A stretch of 64,000 nt of DNA from a virus, in the IMG/VR virus record IMGVR_UViG_3300045988_136451; one strand, 5' to 3'. The notes under the pieces are model-generated. The model was not told where the DNA came from. It saw only the letters and a program-made list of their open reading frames with translations, and made no database searches. The position numbers and the translations under genes are program-made. Below are positions 44,981-53,363 of this stretch, one piece after another (the stretch's first letter is position 1; each line of letters begins with the position of its first letter).

Positions 44981-46864
44981 TTACGCGTCGCGGGAAACGG
45001 AGAACACGAACAGCTCGCTCGCAAGCTCGGTGAGCATGCTTTCCGCGAGAACGTCTATCCCCATGTACACGTGCCTGTCGCGGACGAGGACGGGTGCGTT
45101 CACGACCACATTGACAATGTTTTCAGCGCTCTGCACCTGATCGTAGCCCGTCGCCCTCCCCTTTCCCATGACGGTGAGCAGCCCGGTTGCCCCAAGCCCT
45201 ATGTAGAACGAGCGGTCGTAGTCCGAAACCAAGCCGCCGTCGAGCGTGACCGAGTAGATGTACTCGCGGATGTTCGCTGCGCTCTCGCCGAACAGGCCGA
45301 CGAACGGGTACGGTCGCATCTCCACGGTGTCGTCCACGTAGTATCCGCACCGACCGACGAGGCAGACGTACTTCCCGCCGCTCTCGATTATTTTATCGAC
45401 AACCGCAATCGCGTCGGCCTCCATGTTCGACACCATGAACAGGCATGTGGCGGCGTTCCGGCTGTACTTGTCCTCATGCTTCAGATCGTCATCGAAGAGA
45501 ACCCTCATGCGGTTGCTCGTCTTGTCGATCATGAGCGATGCCATGGAGTACCACGCCTCCATGTACGACACGTTGGCCTCGGTCTGCCAGTTCGCCGCCT
45601 GAAGCGAGCGCATGGACAGCGCCATGCCGTTGTAATCGGAGGCGTTGCGCTCCGATATGCGGTACTTGTCCATCGCGGCCCACAGCTCGATCACCTTCTC
45701 GTCCGATAGAAGGCGGTAGTCGGAGTAGTCGCCCACGACGACCTGCGAGGCGTTGTACTTCGCGAGCACGGAGAACATTCCGTCGGGCTGCGTTATGTCG
45801 GGCACGTCGAGCACGAATACCGGCTTGCACGCCTCCCCGATGCGGCAGCACACGGCGGTCAACGCCTCGAAGCTGCGAAGCTCGCTCTGCTCGTCGGTGC
45901 TCTTCTGGTACTTCATGGGCATGCCCGCATAGGCCCAGCCGTACGTGCCGAAGTCGGACGCTATGCCGCTCCTCGCATACCCGGCACCGTCGGAATCGAC
46001 TAGGCAGTAGGCGTAGTCGGGAACTATTGCCGTGAGGGCCGTCTGCCCTATCTTGGACTTGATCGAGACGCACAGCGCGCGCTGCTCCTCCGCGAGGAAC
46101 GAGCGCCACAGCAGGTAGTCGTCGTCCACCCCGTTGATGACGTAGCGGTCGCTGGGCATGACGCGGTTCCGCTCGTAGAAGTTCCTGTCAGCCGTCGCGT
46201 TGCGGTCGTATCGCAGACCGGCAAGCCCGATGCCGTCGAGGCAGTACCCGTACACGTCGGTTCCGTGCATCGTGCGCAGCTCGTCGATGAGGGCGGTGAG
46301 CGCGTCCTTCGCCCCGGACGGCGAAAACATGCGCGAGTACTCGCCCGTGCTCGACCTCTGCTGGTACGGATGGAAGTCGGGGTTCGTCGTGTCGCTCCAC
46401 AACTCTGACGACACGGCGCACGTCACGGCCACGTTGCGGTGCCTGAAACGGTCGAGCAGCTGCTTCAGAACCGGGTTCTTGCCCAGCCCGTAATCGGCGG
46501 CGACCTCGCTGTCCCAGTAAACCATGCCGTCCTTTGCGACGGTCAGAAGCACCTCGTCGAAGCCTGCGGACGCTATGTCCTCGACCACGACCCGCTCCTT
46601 GCCCACGCAGTCCGCCGCGTTCAGGCGGATGGCGTACCGCATCACGTTCGTCTCGCCGTTGGTGACGCGGTTCCACAGCTTCCACTTGTTCGAGGCGATG
46701 CGCTGGATGAGCCACACTTCGTTGACCTTCGGCGGCTGGTCGAAGCCCGACAGGTCGAACGATATGGTGAGCTTGCCGGTCTGCGTCATGCATGTTATTC
46801 CGTCGCTGCCAACGTTGGTTATCATCGCGGGCAGCATCTCGTTCTTGTTCATGTTCCTCTGCAT
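44981..46864 (-). CDS. hypothetical virion-associated protein (possible glycosidase-like)
   Basis: 627 aa. Carries an internal copy of the palindromic motif (~45384-45399, encoding VDKIIES). Confidence 0.4.
   Translation of the reverse strand: MQRNMNKNEMLPAMITNVGSDGITCMTQTGKLTISFDLSGFDQPPKVNEVWLIQRIASNKWKLWNRVTNGETNVMRYAIRLNAADCVGKERVVVEDIASAGFDEVLLTVAKDGMVYWDSEVAADYGLGKNPVLKQLLDRFRHRNVAVTCAVSSELWSDTTNPDFHPYQQRSSTGEYSRMFSPSGAKDALTALIDELRTMHGTDVYGYCLDGIGLAGLRYDRNATADRNFYERNRVMPSDRYVINGVDDDYLLWRSFLAEEQRALCVSIKSKIGQTALTAIVPDYAYCLVDSDGAGYARSGIASDFGTYGWAYAGMPMKYQKSTDEQSELRSFEALTAVCCRIGEACKPVFVLDVPDITQPDGMFSVLAKYNASQVVVGDYSDYRLLSDEKVIELWAAMDKYRISERNASDYNGMALSMRSLQAANWQTEANVSYMEAWYSMASLMIDKTSNRMRVLFDDDLKHEDKYSRNAATCLFMVSNMEADAIAVVDKIIESGGKYVCLVGRCGYYVDDTVEMRPYPFVGLFGESAANIREYIYSVTLDGGLVSDYDRSFYIGLGATGLLTVMGKGRATGYDQVQSAENIVNVVVNAPVLVRDRHVYMGIDVLAESMLTELASELFVFSVSRDA
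45384..45399 (-). promoter_or_regulatory. AT-rich palindromic motif copy inside coding sequence of gene 44981-46864
   Basis: TCGATAAAATAATCGAGAG encodes VDKIIES in frame. A full 17+ nt match is very unlikely by chance in 64 kb of GC-rich DNA. Confidence 0.4.
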
Positions 46865-46865
46865 G

Positions 46866-48284
46866 TCACTTCTCCCACGAGACCATGCCGGGGAACCGAG
46901 TGTCGCCCTTCTCGCACTGCGGGCACACGAGCGTCACGCTCGTGCTGTACTGGCCCGCGTTCGGGCCTCCGCTGTGCTGCACGTTGGTGACGTACCCGGA
47001 AAGCCCCAAGCTCTTCACCTTCACGCGCATGCCGGGCCAGATGTTCGGCATCCACGTTATCTGCAAGCTCATCTGGTACTGGTTGGCCCAGTTTCGCATG
47101 AACTCGTACAGCGCGTAAAGGAACGGGAGGATGTACTGCGGGTTCGCGTCCGTCCCTCCGCTCGTCCCGCTGTCGTTCGGCTTCTCGATGACGTGCTGAA
47201 GCTGCTTCTTGGCGGGCCTCGCCCCGTAGCGGCGGTACAGCTCGCGCGGCGTGAACCGCCACTCCTCGCCCTCCGGTATGTTGATGAGCTTCTTCAGCAG
47301 CTCGCTCGGCTCGTTCGATATGGCGTTCTCCCCGACATCGTTCAAAACGCCCGACGACAAGGCGGCTGTGTTGCTCTCGATGGACACCACGCCCTGCGTG
47401 AGCGCCCATTGCATGTCGGAGGTCTGGCCGCTGCTTGTGAGGTACTGCCCGCCGGTGTTCACGCCTGCGCAGAACTGATGGCTCACGAACGTGTCGTCGG
47501 ACTGGGTTATCTTCAGGTCGATCAGCTCGATGTCGTCGAGCAGAAGGCACGGCGTGTTGCCAGAAACGCCCCAGTAGTCGGGATACCACGCCATGAAGGT
47601 ACCGTCCGGCCCGGCCATCACCGTGCGCATGGACGAGTTGAATATGTCCTTGACCGTGTTCCACACCGGCTCGTCGTTCGCCAGCGCGCGCTCGCCGACG
47701 AGCAGCTGGGATGCCGCCGCGTTCATCGTGTCGCCGAAGCTCGATGCGAAGAACCACGCCGTCGAGGCGAGGGAGCCTGACGAGGAGTTCGCCCCTCCGC
47801 CCTGCGCCTCGGCCTCCTCGGTGCTGTCAGCATCGCCGCCGTACTCGCTCGCCGTTATTCCGTCCTTGCTCTGAACGTACCTCGGCGTAACAAACAAGAA
47901 GCCGCCGCTGTCGTACACGTTCACCGACAAGTTGTACTTCAGGGCATAGGACGATATTGCGTTGACGGCGTTCAACTTGGTTCGCTCGCCAACGTCGATA
48001 AGGGAGAACTCCCATGCAAGCCCGTAGCCGAAATAATGTATGTACTGCAAGAACTTGACGTTGCCGTCCTCGGCCCACCTCTCGGCGCTCTCCTTTGACA
48101 CGTAGCCTGAATAGCCGAAGTCTATGGTAAGCCCGTTGTAGTTCTTTTCGAGGTCTGCCGCAAACAGGCGACACGCCGCCTCGAACGCGCCTTGGAGGCC
48201 GTTCGTGCCCTCTCCGCGCGTTTCGGCCTCGTTAACCCCCGCGTACTTGTCGTCGTCGGTTGGCACGAAGTACTTCCCTAGCAT
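46866..48284 (-). CDS. hypothetical virion-associated protein
   Basis: Trimmed to MLGKYFVPTDDD (RBS GGAGGA 5 nt; start overlaps upstream stop). Confidence 0.4.
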   Translation of the reverse strand: MLGKYFVPTDDDKYAGVNEAETRGEGTNGLQGAFEAACRLFAADLEKNYNGLTIDFGYSGYVSKESAERWAEDGNVKFLQYIHYFGYGLAWEFSLIDVGERTKLNAVNAISSYALKYNLSVNVYDSGGFLFVTPRYVQSKDGITASEYGGDADSTEEAEAQGGGANSSSGSLASTAWFFASSFGDTMNAAASQLLVGERALANDEPVWNTVKDIFNSSMRTVMAGPDGTFMAWYPDYWGVSGNTPCLLLDDIELIDLKITQSDDTFVSHQFCAGVNTGGQYLTSSGQTSDMQWALTQGVVSIESNTAALSSGVLNDVGENAISNEPSELLKKLINIPEGEEWRFTPRELYRRYGARPAKKQLQHVIEKPNDSGTSGGTDANPQYILPFLYALYEFMRNWANQYQMSLQITWMPNIWPGMRVKVKSLGLSGYVTNVQHSGGPNAGQYSTSVTLVCPQCEKGDTRFPGMVSWEK

Positions 48285-48285
48285 C

Positions 48286-49431
48286 CTATCCTCCGAACTG
48301 GTCGTACGCCGACCGGGCATATGCGATGCGCTTCTCCATCATGGGGACGGAACCGCGCGTGTACACCCGCTCGAACGCCTCCGTTGCCCATGGCAGATCG
48401 GTGATCGCCTTGAACTGGTCGAACGTCATCTTCTCCGCTATCCACGCCTGCGCGCCGTTCGGATACGTGTAAACTCCGTTGCCGGTGAAAGCGTCGAACT
48501 GGGCGGGTGCCTCGCTGACGAAGAACAAGAGCTGCGCCTGTATGTCCGTCCATTCGGTGCCGCGCTCCGACGCGAAGGCGCACAGGTCGCTGAACCGGCC
48601 AGAACCGGCCTCCCACTGAAGCAGCCCGCGTCCGGGGCCTCCGCCTCCTTGGCACGCCGCCGGGTCTACGCCGCTCTCCTGCTGCATGTTCCCGATCACG
48701 CCAGCCGCCGCCTGCTTGCTGAAGCCTTGGCTCATGCAGAAGTTCCACACCACCTCCGCGTTGCTGTTGCCGCTGAAGTCGGCAGCGCCGCCGGACGACG
48801 AGCCTCCGCTTGCGCCGCCTATGGTCGGCCCCGACGTTTGGAGCATCGCGTAAATCTGCGCCACCATGTCCGCGCCTTGGGTGTCCGATAGCTTCGCTTG
48901 GTACATGGATGTCGCCCACTCGATCACGTCGCTCGGTATCTGGCCCACGCTGATCTTCGACGCGGGCCAGTCCGCGACCGCTTGGAGCACCTTGACCCCG
49001 CTCTTCCAATAGCCGCCGTCCTGCTCCGCATCGTCCTGTCCACGGTAGACGAGCCAGAAGCTCTCCTCCAAGCCCGCGTCCCAGTAGAGCTTCTGCAAGC
49101 GGTACAGGACATCGCGCCCCCTTATCTCAACCTCGTCGGTGTTGAGGTTGTAGTAAGGGGCCTTCGTGACGTAGCCCGCGAGGACTTGGTAGCGGTCGGC
49201 CTTGGAGAGGTATATGGCTATCTTGTCCATGGGCATGAGAAGCCCGGTGTACTTCTTCCCCTCGTTCTTCAGATGCAGGATGAAGTCGCTCGAATCGTCC
49301 GTCTTCAGGTTGACGGTGAACCGCGTGATGTCGTCCGAGAGGTCGTACGCGGTCGTCCTCCCGTCGCGCGTCAGCGACACGTTGGCCTCGACCATGGGGG
49401 TGTATGTAAGGATAGCCGTCATGGCTGACAT
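48286..49431 (-). CDS. tail-associated cell-wall hydrolase: conserved N-terminal module plus lysozyme/transglycosylase-like C-terminus (paralog A)
   Basis: N-terminus MTAILTYTPMV...SVGQIPSDVIEWATSMYQAKLSDTQGADMV is shared with 53364-54455 and 54452-55552. C-terminal GVIGNMQQESGVDP...GRGLLQW resembles phage tail lysozyme / lytic transglycosylase motifs. Confidence 0.5.
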   Translation of the reverse strand: MSAMTAILTYTPMVEANVSLTRDGRTTAYDLSDDITRFTVNLKTDDSSDFILHLKNEGKKYTGLLMPMDKIAIYLSKADRYQVLAGYVTKAPYYNLNTDEVEIRGRDVLYRLQKLYWDAGLEESFWLVYRGQDDAEQDGGYWKSGVKVLQAVADWPASKISVGQIPSDVIEWATSMYQAKLSDTQGADMVAQIYAMLQTSGPTIGGASGGSSSGGAADFSGNSNAEVVWNFCMSQGFSKQAAAGVIGNMQQESGVDPAACQGGGGPGRGLLQWEAGSGRFSDLCAFASERGTEWTDIQAQLLFFVSEAPAQFDAFTGNGVYTYPNGAQAWIAEKMTFDQFKAITDLPWATEAFERVYTRGSVPMMEKRIAYARSAYDQFGG

Positions 49432-49472
49432 TCTACCATTCGCGGCGCTCCCCCTCCATGCAGCTCGGCACC

Positions 49473-49488
49473 TCGATTATTTTATCGA
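49473..49488 (-). promoter_or_regulatory. AT-rich palindromic motif overlapping stop of C39-like peptidase gene, upstream of hydrolase paralog A
   Basis: TCGATAAAATAATCGA, with the TAA stop inside the motif. Confidence 0.5.
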
Positions 49489-50184
49489 GCGGAGACTGTA
49501 GAAGTAGAGCCACTGCGTGGCGTTAAGCTCCTCATCGGAATAAGGGCGCTGCGAGTTGTCGCCGCTCTTGGGGTCGCGGACGCGAACGTCGCCGTCGAAG
49601 CTCTGCCACAGCAGCACGACGTGGCCGCCGTAGCAGTTGCCCTGCCCGCCGAGCTGCCCGGTCATACCTGCGAACACCACCGCGCCGTCCGCGCACTCCG
49701 CCAGCGCCTCGTCGAGCGTCCAGTAGATTTCGGAGCCGTCGAGGCCGTAAGCCTCCTCCGCGTACGCGCAGAACTTGCCGGGGTCGTTGACCCCATCGGT
49801 CAGGCACGTGTCGCCAACGACCGCCGCGAGGTCGCGCGGGTAGGTGATCTGGTTCGTAAGGTACTCTATCGCCATGGCGGCGCACACGAGGCCGCACCCG
49901 GCCTGCGAGATCGACGAGCCTGCGTACTCGATTCCTCCCCACTGCGGGTCGTCCTGAAGGTACAGCGGCATGTTGTAGCCCGTCGGTATGGCCCTCTGGG
50001 CCTCTGTGGCGGGCGCTGGGAGGTCGTTAGCGTCGAAGTCGAGATAGGGTTCATCTTCGAGCCAAACGGGGGTTCTGGGAGGCTCTGCGTCCGTCTGTGG
50101 CACATCGGAGAAAACCGAATAGCCGATGATCGCCGCGAACAGCGCGGCGACCGCCAGACATTTTATGTAGCCGTTTCGTCTCAT
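49477..50184 (-). CDS. membrane-anchored papain-like (peptidase C39-like) cysteine peptidase, possible SAR-type lysin
   Basis: N-terminal TM/signal-anchor IKCLAVAALFAAIIGYSVF. Then QDDPQWG...SQAGCGLVCAAMAIEY, a C39-like active-site Cys. Its stop lies inside palindromic motif 49473-49488. Confidence 0.45.
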   Translation of the reverse strand: MRRNGYIKCLAVAALFAAIIGYSVFSDVPQTDAEPPRTPVWLEDEPYLDFDANDLPAPATEAQRAIPTGYNMPLYLQDDPQWGGIEYAGSSISQAGCGLVCAAMAIEYLTNQITYPRDLAAVVGDTCLTDGVNDPGKFCAYAEEAYGLDGSEIYWTLDEALAECADGAVVFAGMTGQLGGQGNCYGGHVVLLWQSFDGDVRVRDPKSGDNSQRPYSDEELNATQWLYFYSLRSIK

Positions 50185-50217
50185 GGCCGATGATTATACC
50201 CCAGCGGGAGCCAAGCG

Positions 50218-50637
50218 TCACCCGGTTCGCTCCCACAGCGGCACCGCCACCGACAACGGCATGTTGTTGTGAGGCCGGTTCTGCGCCATGGGCACGTCGT
50301 CCCTGTGGTTCTCCTCGTCGTTGATGAAGCCCCACCCGGAGGTACCGGTGCCTTGGAAGAACTCGACCCCCGACATGCTCGAACCAGAGGCTAGGTTGCA
50401 CAGGAGCGCGTGCGCATGCCACGGAAGCTCCGCAGCGGTGAGCGCGTGCGCGTTCTCCCCGTACCTTCCGCCCGTCCGGTACGTGCCGCCAGCCGCCACG
50501 AGGTACACGCCCTCGTCGTGGCGCTCCCACGTGGTGCCGGGCCACTCCGCGTTCGGGTCGCCCTTGCAGAACACGAACTCGCCGACGGCGTGCGGGCAGT
50601 AAACGGAGCGCTTCGGCCCGAAGAGGATGCTAGTCAC
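50218..50637 (-). CDS. tail-collar-domain (MdpB-like) protein, paralog 1
   Basis: YCPHAVGEF...WPGTTWERHDEG...ENAHALTAAELPWHAH...PHNNMP family signature. GTG start after AAGGAGG. Confidence 0.5.
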   Translation of the reverse strand: MTSILFGPKRSVYCPHAVGEFVFCKGDPNAEWPGTTWERHDEGVYLVAAGGTYRTGGRYGENAHALTAAELPWHAHALLCNLASGSSMSGVEFFQGTGTSGWGFINDEENHRDDVPMAQNRPHNNMPLSVAVPLWERTG

Positions 50638-50649
50638 GATGCGCCTCCT

Positions 50650-51126
50650 TCAGAGCGAGAAGCCCCCCCCCGACGTGCACTTCCACACGTAGGCTGCGAT
50701 GTACGGCGGAACGTTGTTGTGAGGCTTGTCGCCGCCCGTGTAGTAAATCAGGTTCTGCACCCAGTTCGACCACGCCCCCTCCGTGTAGGCCACGGTGCCG
50801 TCGTCCACCCTGTAGTCCCCGGAAGCGCTCATGTTGAACTTCTTCCCGTTCGGATTGTCGGGGGAGTGCGTGTGCCGGGGCATCTCATCGACCGTGAGGA
50901 CGTGCGCGGCCTCGCCGCCCGTGCTGCCGACTGCGTACGCTCCGGAGGCCGCGCCCGCGCACACGAACGTCCCGGCGGCCAAAAGCTCCCACTTCGTCCC
51001 CGGCCATCTTGCTGACGGGTCGGTGTCCGACAGCGTGAAGTACAGGTCTCCCGCGTCGTACGGGCACAAGACCGATTTACCGCCGCCGCTCTGAACCTTG
51101 ACCGTCATAGCGGCATCGCCCCGCAC
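50650..51126 (-). CDS. tail-collar-domain protein, paralog 2 (G9 run at C-terminus)
   Basis: Same family (WPGTKW...AAHVLTVDEMPRHTH...KPHNNVPPYIAAYVWK). G9 run (plus 50663-50671) encodes SGGG, 4 codons before the stop. Confidence 0.5.
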   Translation of the reverse strand: MRGDAAMTVKVQSGGGKSVLCPYDAGDLYFTLSDTDPSARWPGTKWELLAAGTFVCAGAASGAYAVGSTGGEAAHVLTVDEMPRHTHSPDNPNGKKFNMSASGDYRVDDGTVAYTEGAWSNWVQNLIYYTGGDKPHNNVPPYIAAYVWKCTSGGGFSL

Positions 51127-51129
51127 AGA

Positions 51130-51531
51130 TCACGCGGTGCGCCTCCACAGCGGGACGCATACGGAGTACGGCATGTTGTTGTGGGGCTGGCCTCCGCCCG
51201 TGTGGACGGAACTGCTGTCAATCCAGTTGTTGCCAGAAACAGCGGCGTACCTCCCCGTGTTGCCGCCCTTCGACAGCTCGACGTTCCAGTTGTTGCCGCC
51301 GTCGCCGGTGTGGCTGTGGCTCGGAATCTCCTCGATGGTGAGGATGTGCGAGTTCTCCCCACGGTTCGTGAGCGTCTTGAAGTTGTCGCCGGAAGAGACG
51401 AGGTAGGTTGCCTCCTCGTATCTGGCCCATGTGGTGCCGGGCCACTCGCCGTTGGGGTCGAACTCGCAGTGCAGCCACGTTCCAACAGGATGCGGGCAGT
51501 AGTAGCCCTTCCCCTTGACGTTAAGCCGCAT
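51130..51531 (-). CDS. tail-collar-domain protein, paralog 3
   Basis: YCPHPVGTWLHCEFDPNGEWPGTTWARY...ENSHILTIEEIPSHSH...QPHNNMPYSVCVPLWRRTA. Confidence 0.5.
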   Translation of the reverse strand: MRLNVKGKGYYCPHPVGTWLHCEFDPNGEWPGTTWARYEEATYLVSSGDNFKTLTNRGENSHILTIEEIPSHSHTGDGGNNWNVELSKGGNTGRYAAVSGNNWIDSSSVHTGGGQPHNNMPYSVCVPLWRRTA

Positions 51532-51549
51532 GGCGCATCACGGAGGCGG

Positions 51550-51987
51550 CTATGCCCCCCCCCTGATCGTGCGCAGGTTTATCTTCACGGGCCAATTAGA
51601 CCCGTTGCAGGTTCCGTCGACATCGGAGAACGTCACCTTCGTCCCGGATATGGCGGCCCTCGCGCGCCAAAGGCACGAGTTGCCCCCAATCGCGGTTCCG
51701 AAATGGAGGTCTACCGTCTTGCCGTTCGGTGAGTACACGCGGAAGGTCGGGAGCCAAACGCCGTCTTCGTACATGAACTCGAAGTCGAGCCACTGGTAGC
51801 TCGCGGCGCTCGCGCTCAACGCGTACACGTTGCCGTTGCTCAAAAGATGGCTGCCGCTCCACAAGGTCGCTACGCCCTGCTTCGAGTACGGGATGGTCGG
51901 TATCTTCGCGAGCGTGAGCGTCGGTATCTGCGCGATGTTGAGCACGGGCGTTTGAACGCCGGACGAGTTACGGTACTTCAGGTACAT
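51550..51987 (-). CDS. hypothetical protein within the collar-paralog array (unrelated sequence; G9 run at C-terminus)
   Basis: Start MYLKYRNSSGV after AGGAGG. Ends ...RTIRGGA, with a G9 run (plus 51555-51563) in the last four codons. Confidence 0.4.
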   Translation of the reverse strand: MYLKYRNSSGVQTPVLNIAQIPTLTLAKIPTIPYSKQGVATLWSGSHLLSNGNVYALSASAASYQWLDFEFMYEDGVWLPTFRVYSPNGKTVDLHFGTAIGGNSCLWRARAAISGTKVTFSDVDGTCNGSNWPVKINLRTIRGGA

Positions 51988-52007
51988 CTCATGCCTCCTC
52001 TCGGAGG

Positions 52008-52445
52008 CTACGCGGTGCGCCTCCACATATCGACGGAAAGGTACGGGGGCCTGTTCTCATGCGGCTTGTTCCTTCCGGGGAGCCGAACGTACGTATCTTC
52101 CCACTTGACCTTACCGTATTCGCTCGCAATGCCCCAAGCGTCTGCTCCGCCGCTATTGTCGCGCTGCTTCGATTGCAGATTGATTTGCGGCAAAGCGTCT
52201 GCCGACAACGTGACGGAGGCAGCGCCTCCGGTCTTGCCGACGGCGTAATCGCCGGTCGTCGCGCCTCCGCTCGACACGAGGAAGGTGCCCGCAGCGATGC
52301 GCGTCCAAGTCGTCCCCGGCCAGAGAGCGGACGGCGTGACGTTGGATGCGCTGATGTAAACCCCTCCCACCGGGAACGGGCAGAACTGCTGAACGGATGC
52401 TCCGTTGCGCCATTTGAGGACGGACAGGTTAGCCATGCAGACCAC
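52008..52445 (-). CDS. tail-collar-domain protein, paralog 4
   Basis: FCPFPVGGVYIS...WPGTTWTRIAAG...VTLSADALPQ...KPHENRPPYLSVDMWRRTA. Confidence 0.45.
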   Translation of the reverse strand: MVCMANLSVLKWRNGASVQQFCPFPVGGVYISASNVTPSALWPGTTWTRIAAGTFLVSSGGATTGDYAVGKTGGAASVTLSADALPQINLQSKQRDNSGGADAWGIASEYGKVKWEDTYVRLPGRNKPHENRPPYLSVDMWRRTA

Positions 52446-52457
52446 CGCCCGAAGATG

Positions 52458-52870
52458 CTACGCGGTGCGCTTCCACATGTACACGGCGAGCCAAGGCGGC
52501 ATGTTGTTGTGCGCCGCGCCGCGCCGCCGGTATTTGCGATTCCGCCGTCCTGCCACCTGCTGCTGGGCGGCGACGGAGTATGCCACTCCCAGCCCCATGT
52601 GGCGACGTTGCCGCCGTCCTCGACCGCAAGAAGCTGATGATGATGGCTCGGCATCTCGTCGATTGTGAGCACGTGCGTGTTGGAGCCGTACGTATTGTTG
52701 ACCTTGTAGGTGTCGCCCGCCGAGACGAGGTAATGGCCCTCTCCATGCCGATGCCACGTCGTGCCCGGCCAGACCGCGTTGGGGTCGTACAGGCAGAAAA
52801 GGCACGTGCCGACAGGGAACGGGCAGTACTCCTCGAACGACGCGCCTTGGCGGAACTTGATCTTAGCCAC
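52458..52870 (-). pseudogene. tail-collar-domain protein, paralog 5, split by a +1 frameshift
   Basis: N-terminus MAKIKFRQGASFEEYCPFPVGTCLFCLYDPNAVWPGTTWHRH...HVLTIDEMPSHHH is in one frame. The family C-terminus ...AAHNNMPPWLAVYMWKRTA is in the +1 frame. The switch occurs in the GC-rich stretch ACCGGCGGCGCGGCGCGCAC (~52575-52600). Confidence 0.4.
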
Positions 52871-52885
52871 GGGAAGCCTCCCGCG

Positions 52886-53308
52886 CTACGCCGTCCTCTT
52901 CCAGACGTTGACGGAGATATGCAGGGGGTAGTAATCTGCCCCCCCTCCCGTCGCTCTACAGGCATCCATGTCCCAGTTGTACTTTTTATCTTGGGCGATC
53001 CATGGCGGGTAAGAGCCTCTAAGCGTTGTCGTACCAGCCTCGCTGTTGTAGCCGTAATACTCGTGAGTATGCGACGGCATCTGCGCGATGCCTATCTTCT
53101 TCGAGCCTCCGGTTGAACCCGCTGCGGCATAACCGGCCGTTCCGGCGCAAGCCAGTACGCCGCCCGTCAGCTTCGCCCACGAACCGCCCAAGACGGTGGC
53201 GGGGTTCTCCGAGCCGACGGTGAGGTAGAGGCTGTTCACCGGGTACACGAGGTCGAGCATCGTCTTGCCGATGCCGCCCTCCAGATGGAACCCGCTCAAT
53301 CTTGCCAT
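52886..53308 (-). CDS. tail-collar-domain protein, paralog 6
   Basis: Start after AGGAGG. ...KKIGIAQMPSHTH...YYPLHISVNVWKRTA. Confidence 0.45.
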   Translation of the reverse strand: MARLSGFHLEGGIGKTMLDLVYPVNSLYLTVGSENPATVLGGSWAKLTGGVLACAGTAGYAAAGSTGGSKKIGIAQMPSHTHEYYGYNSEAGTTTLRGSYPPWIAQDKKYNWDMDACRATGGGADYYPLHISVNVWKRTA

Positions 53309-53363
53309 TGCCGCCTCCTGTGGTGTCGAATGCTGAAATGATAGCACAGGGCCGCGCGCTCGG

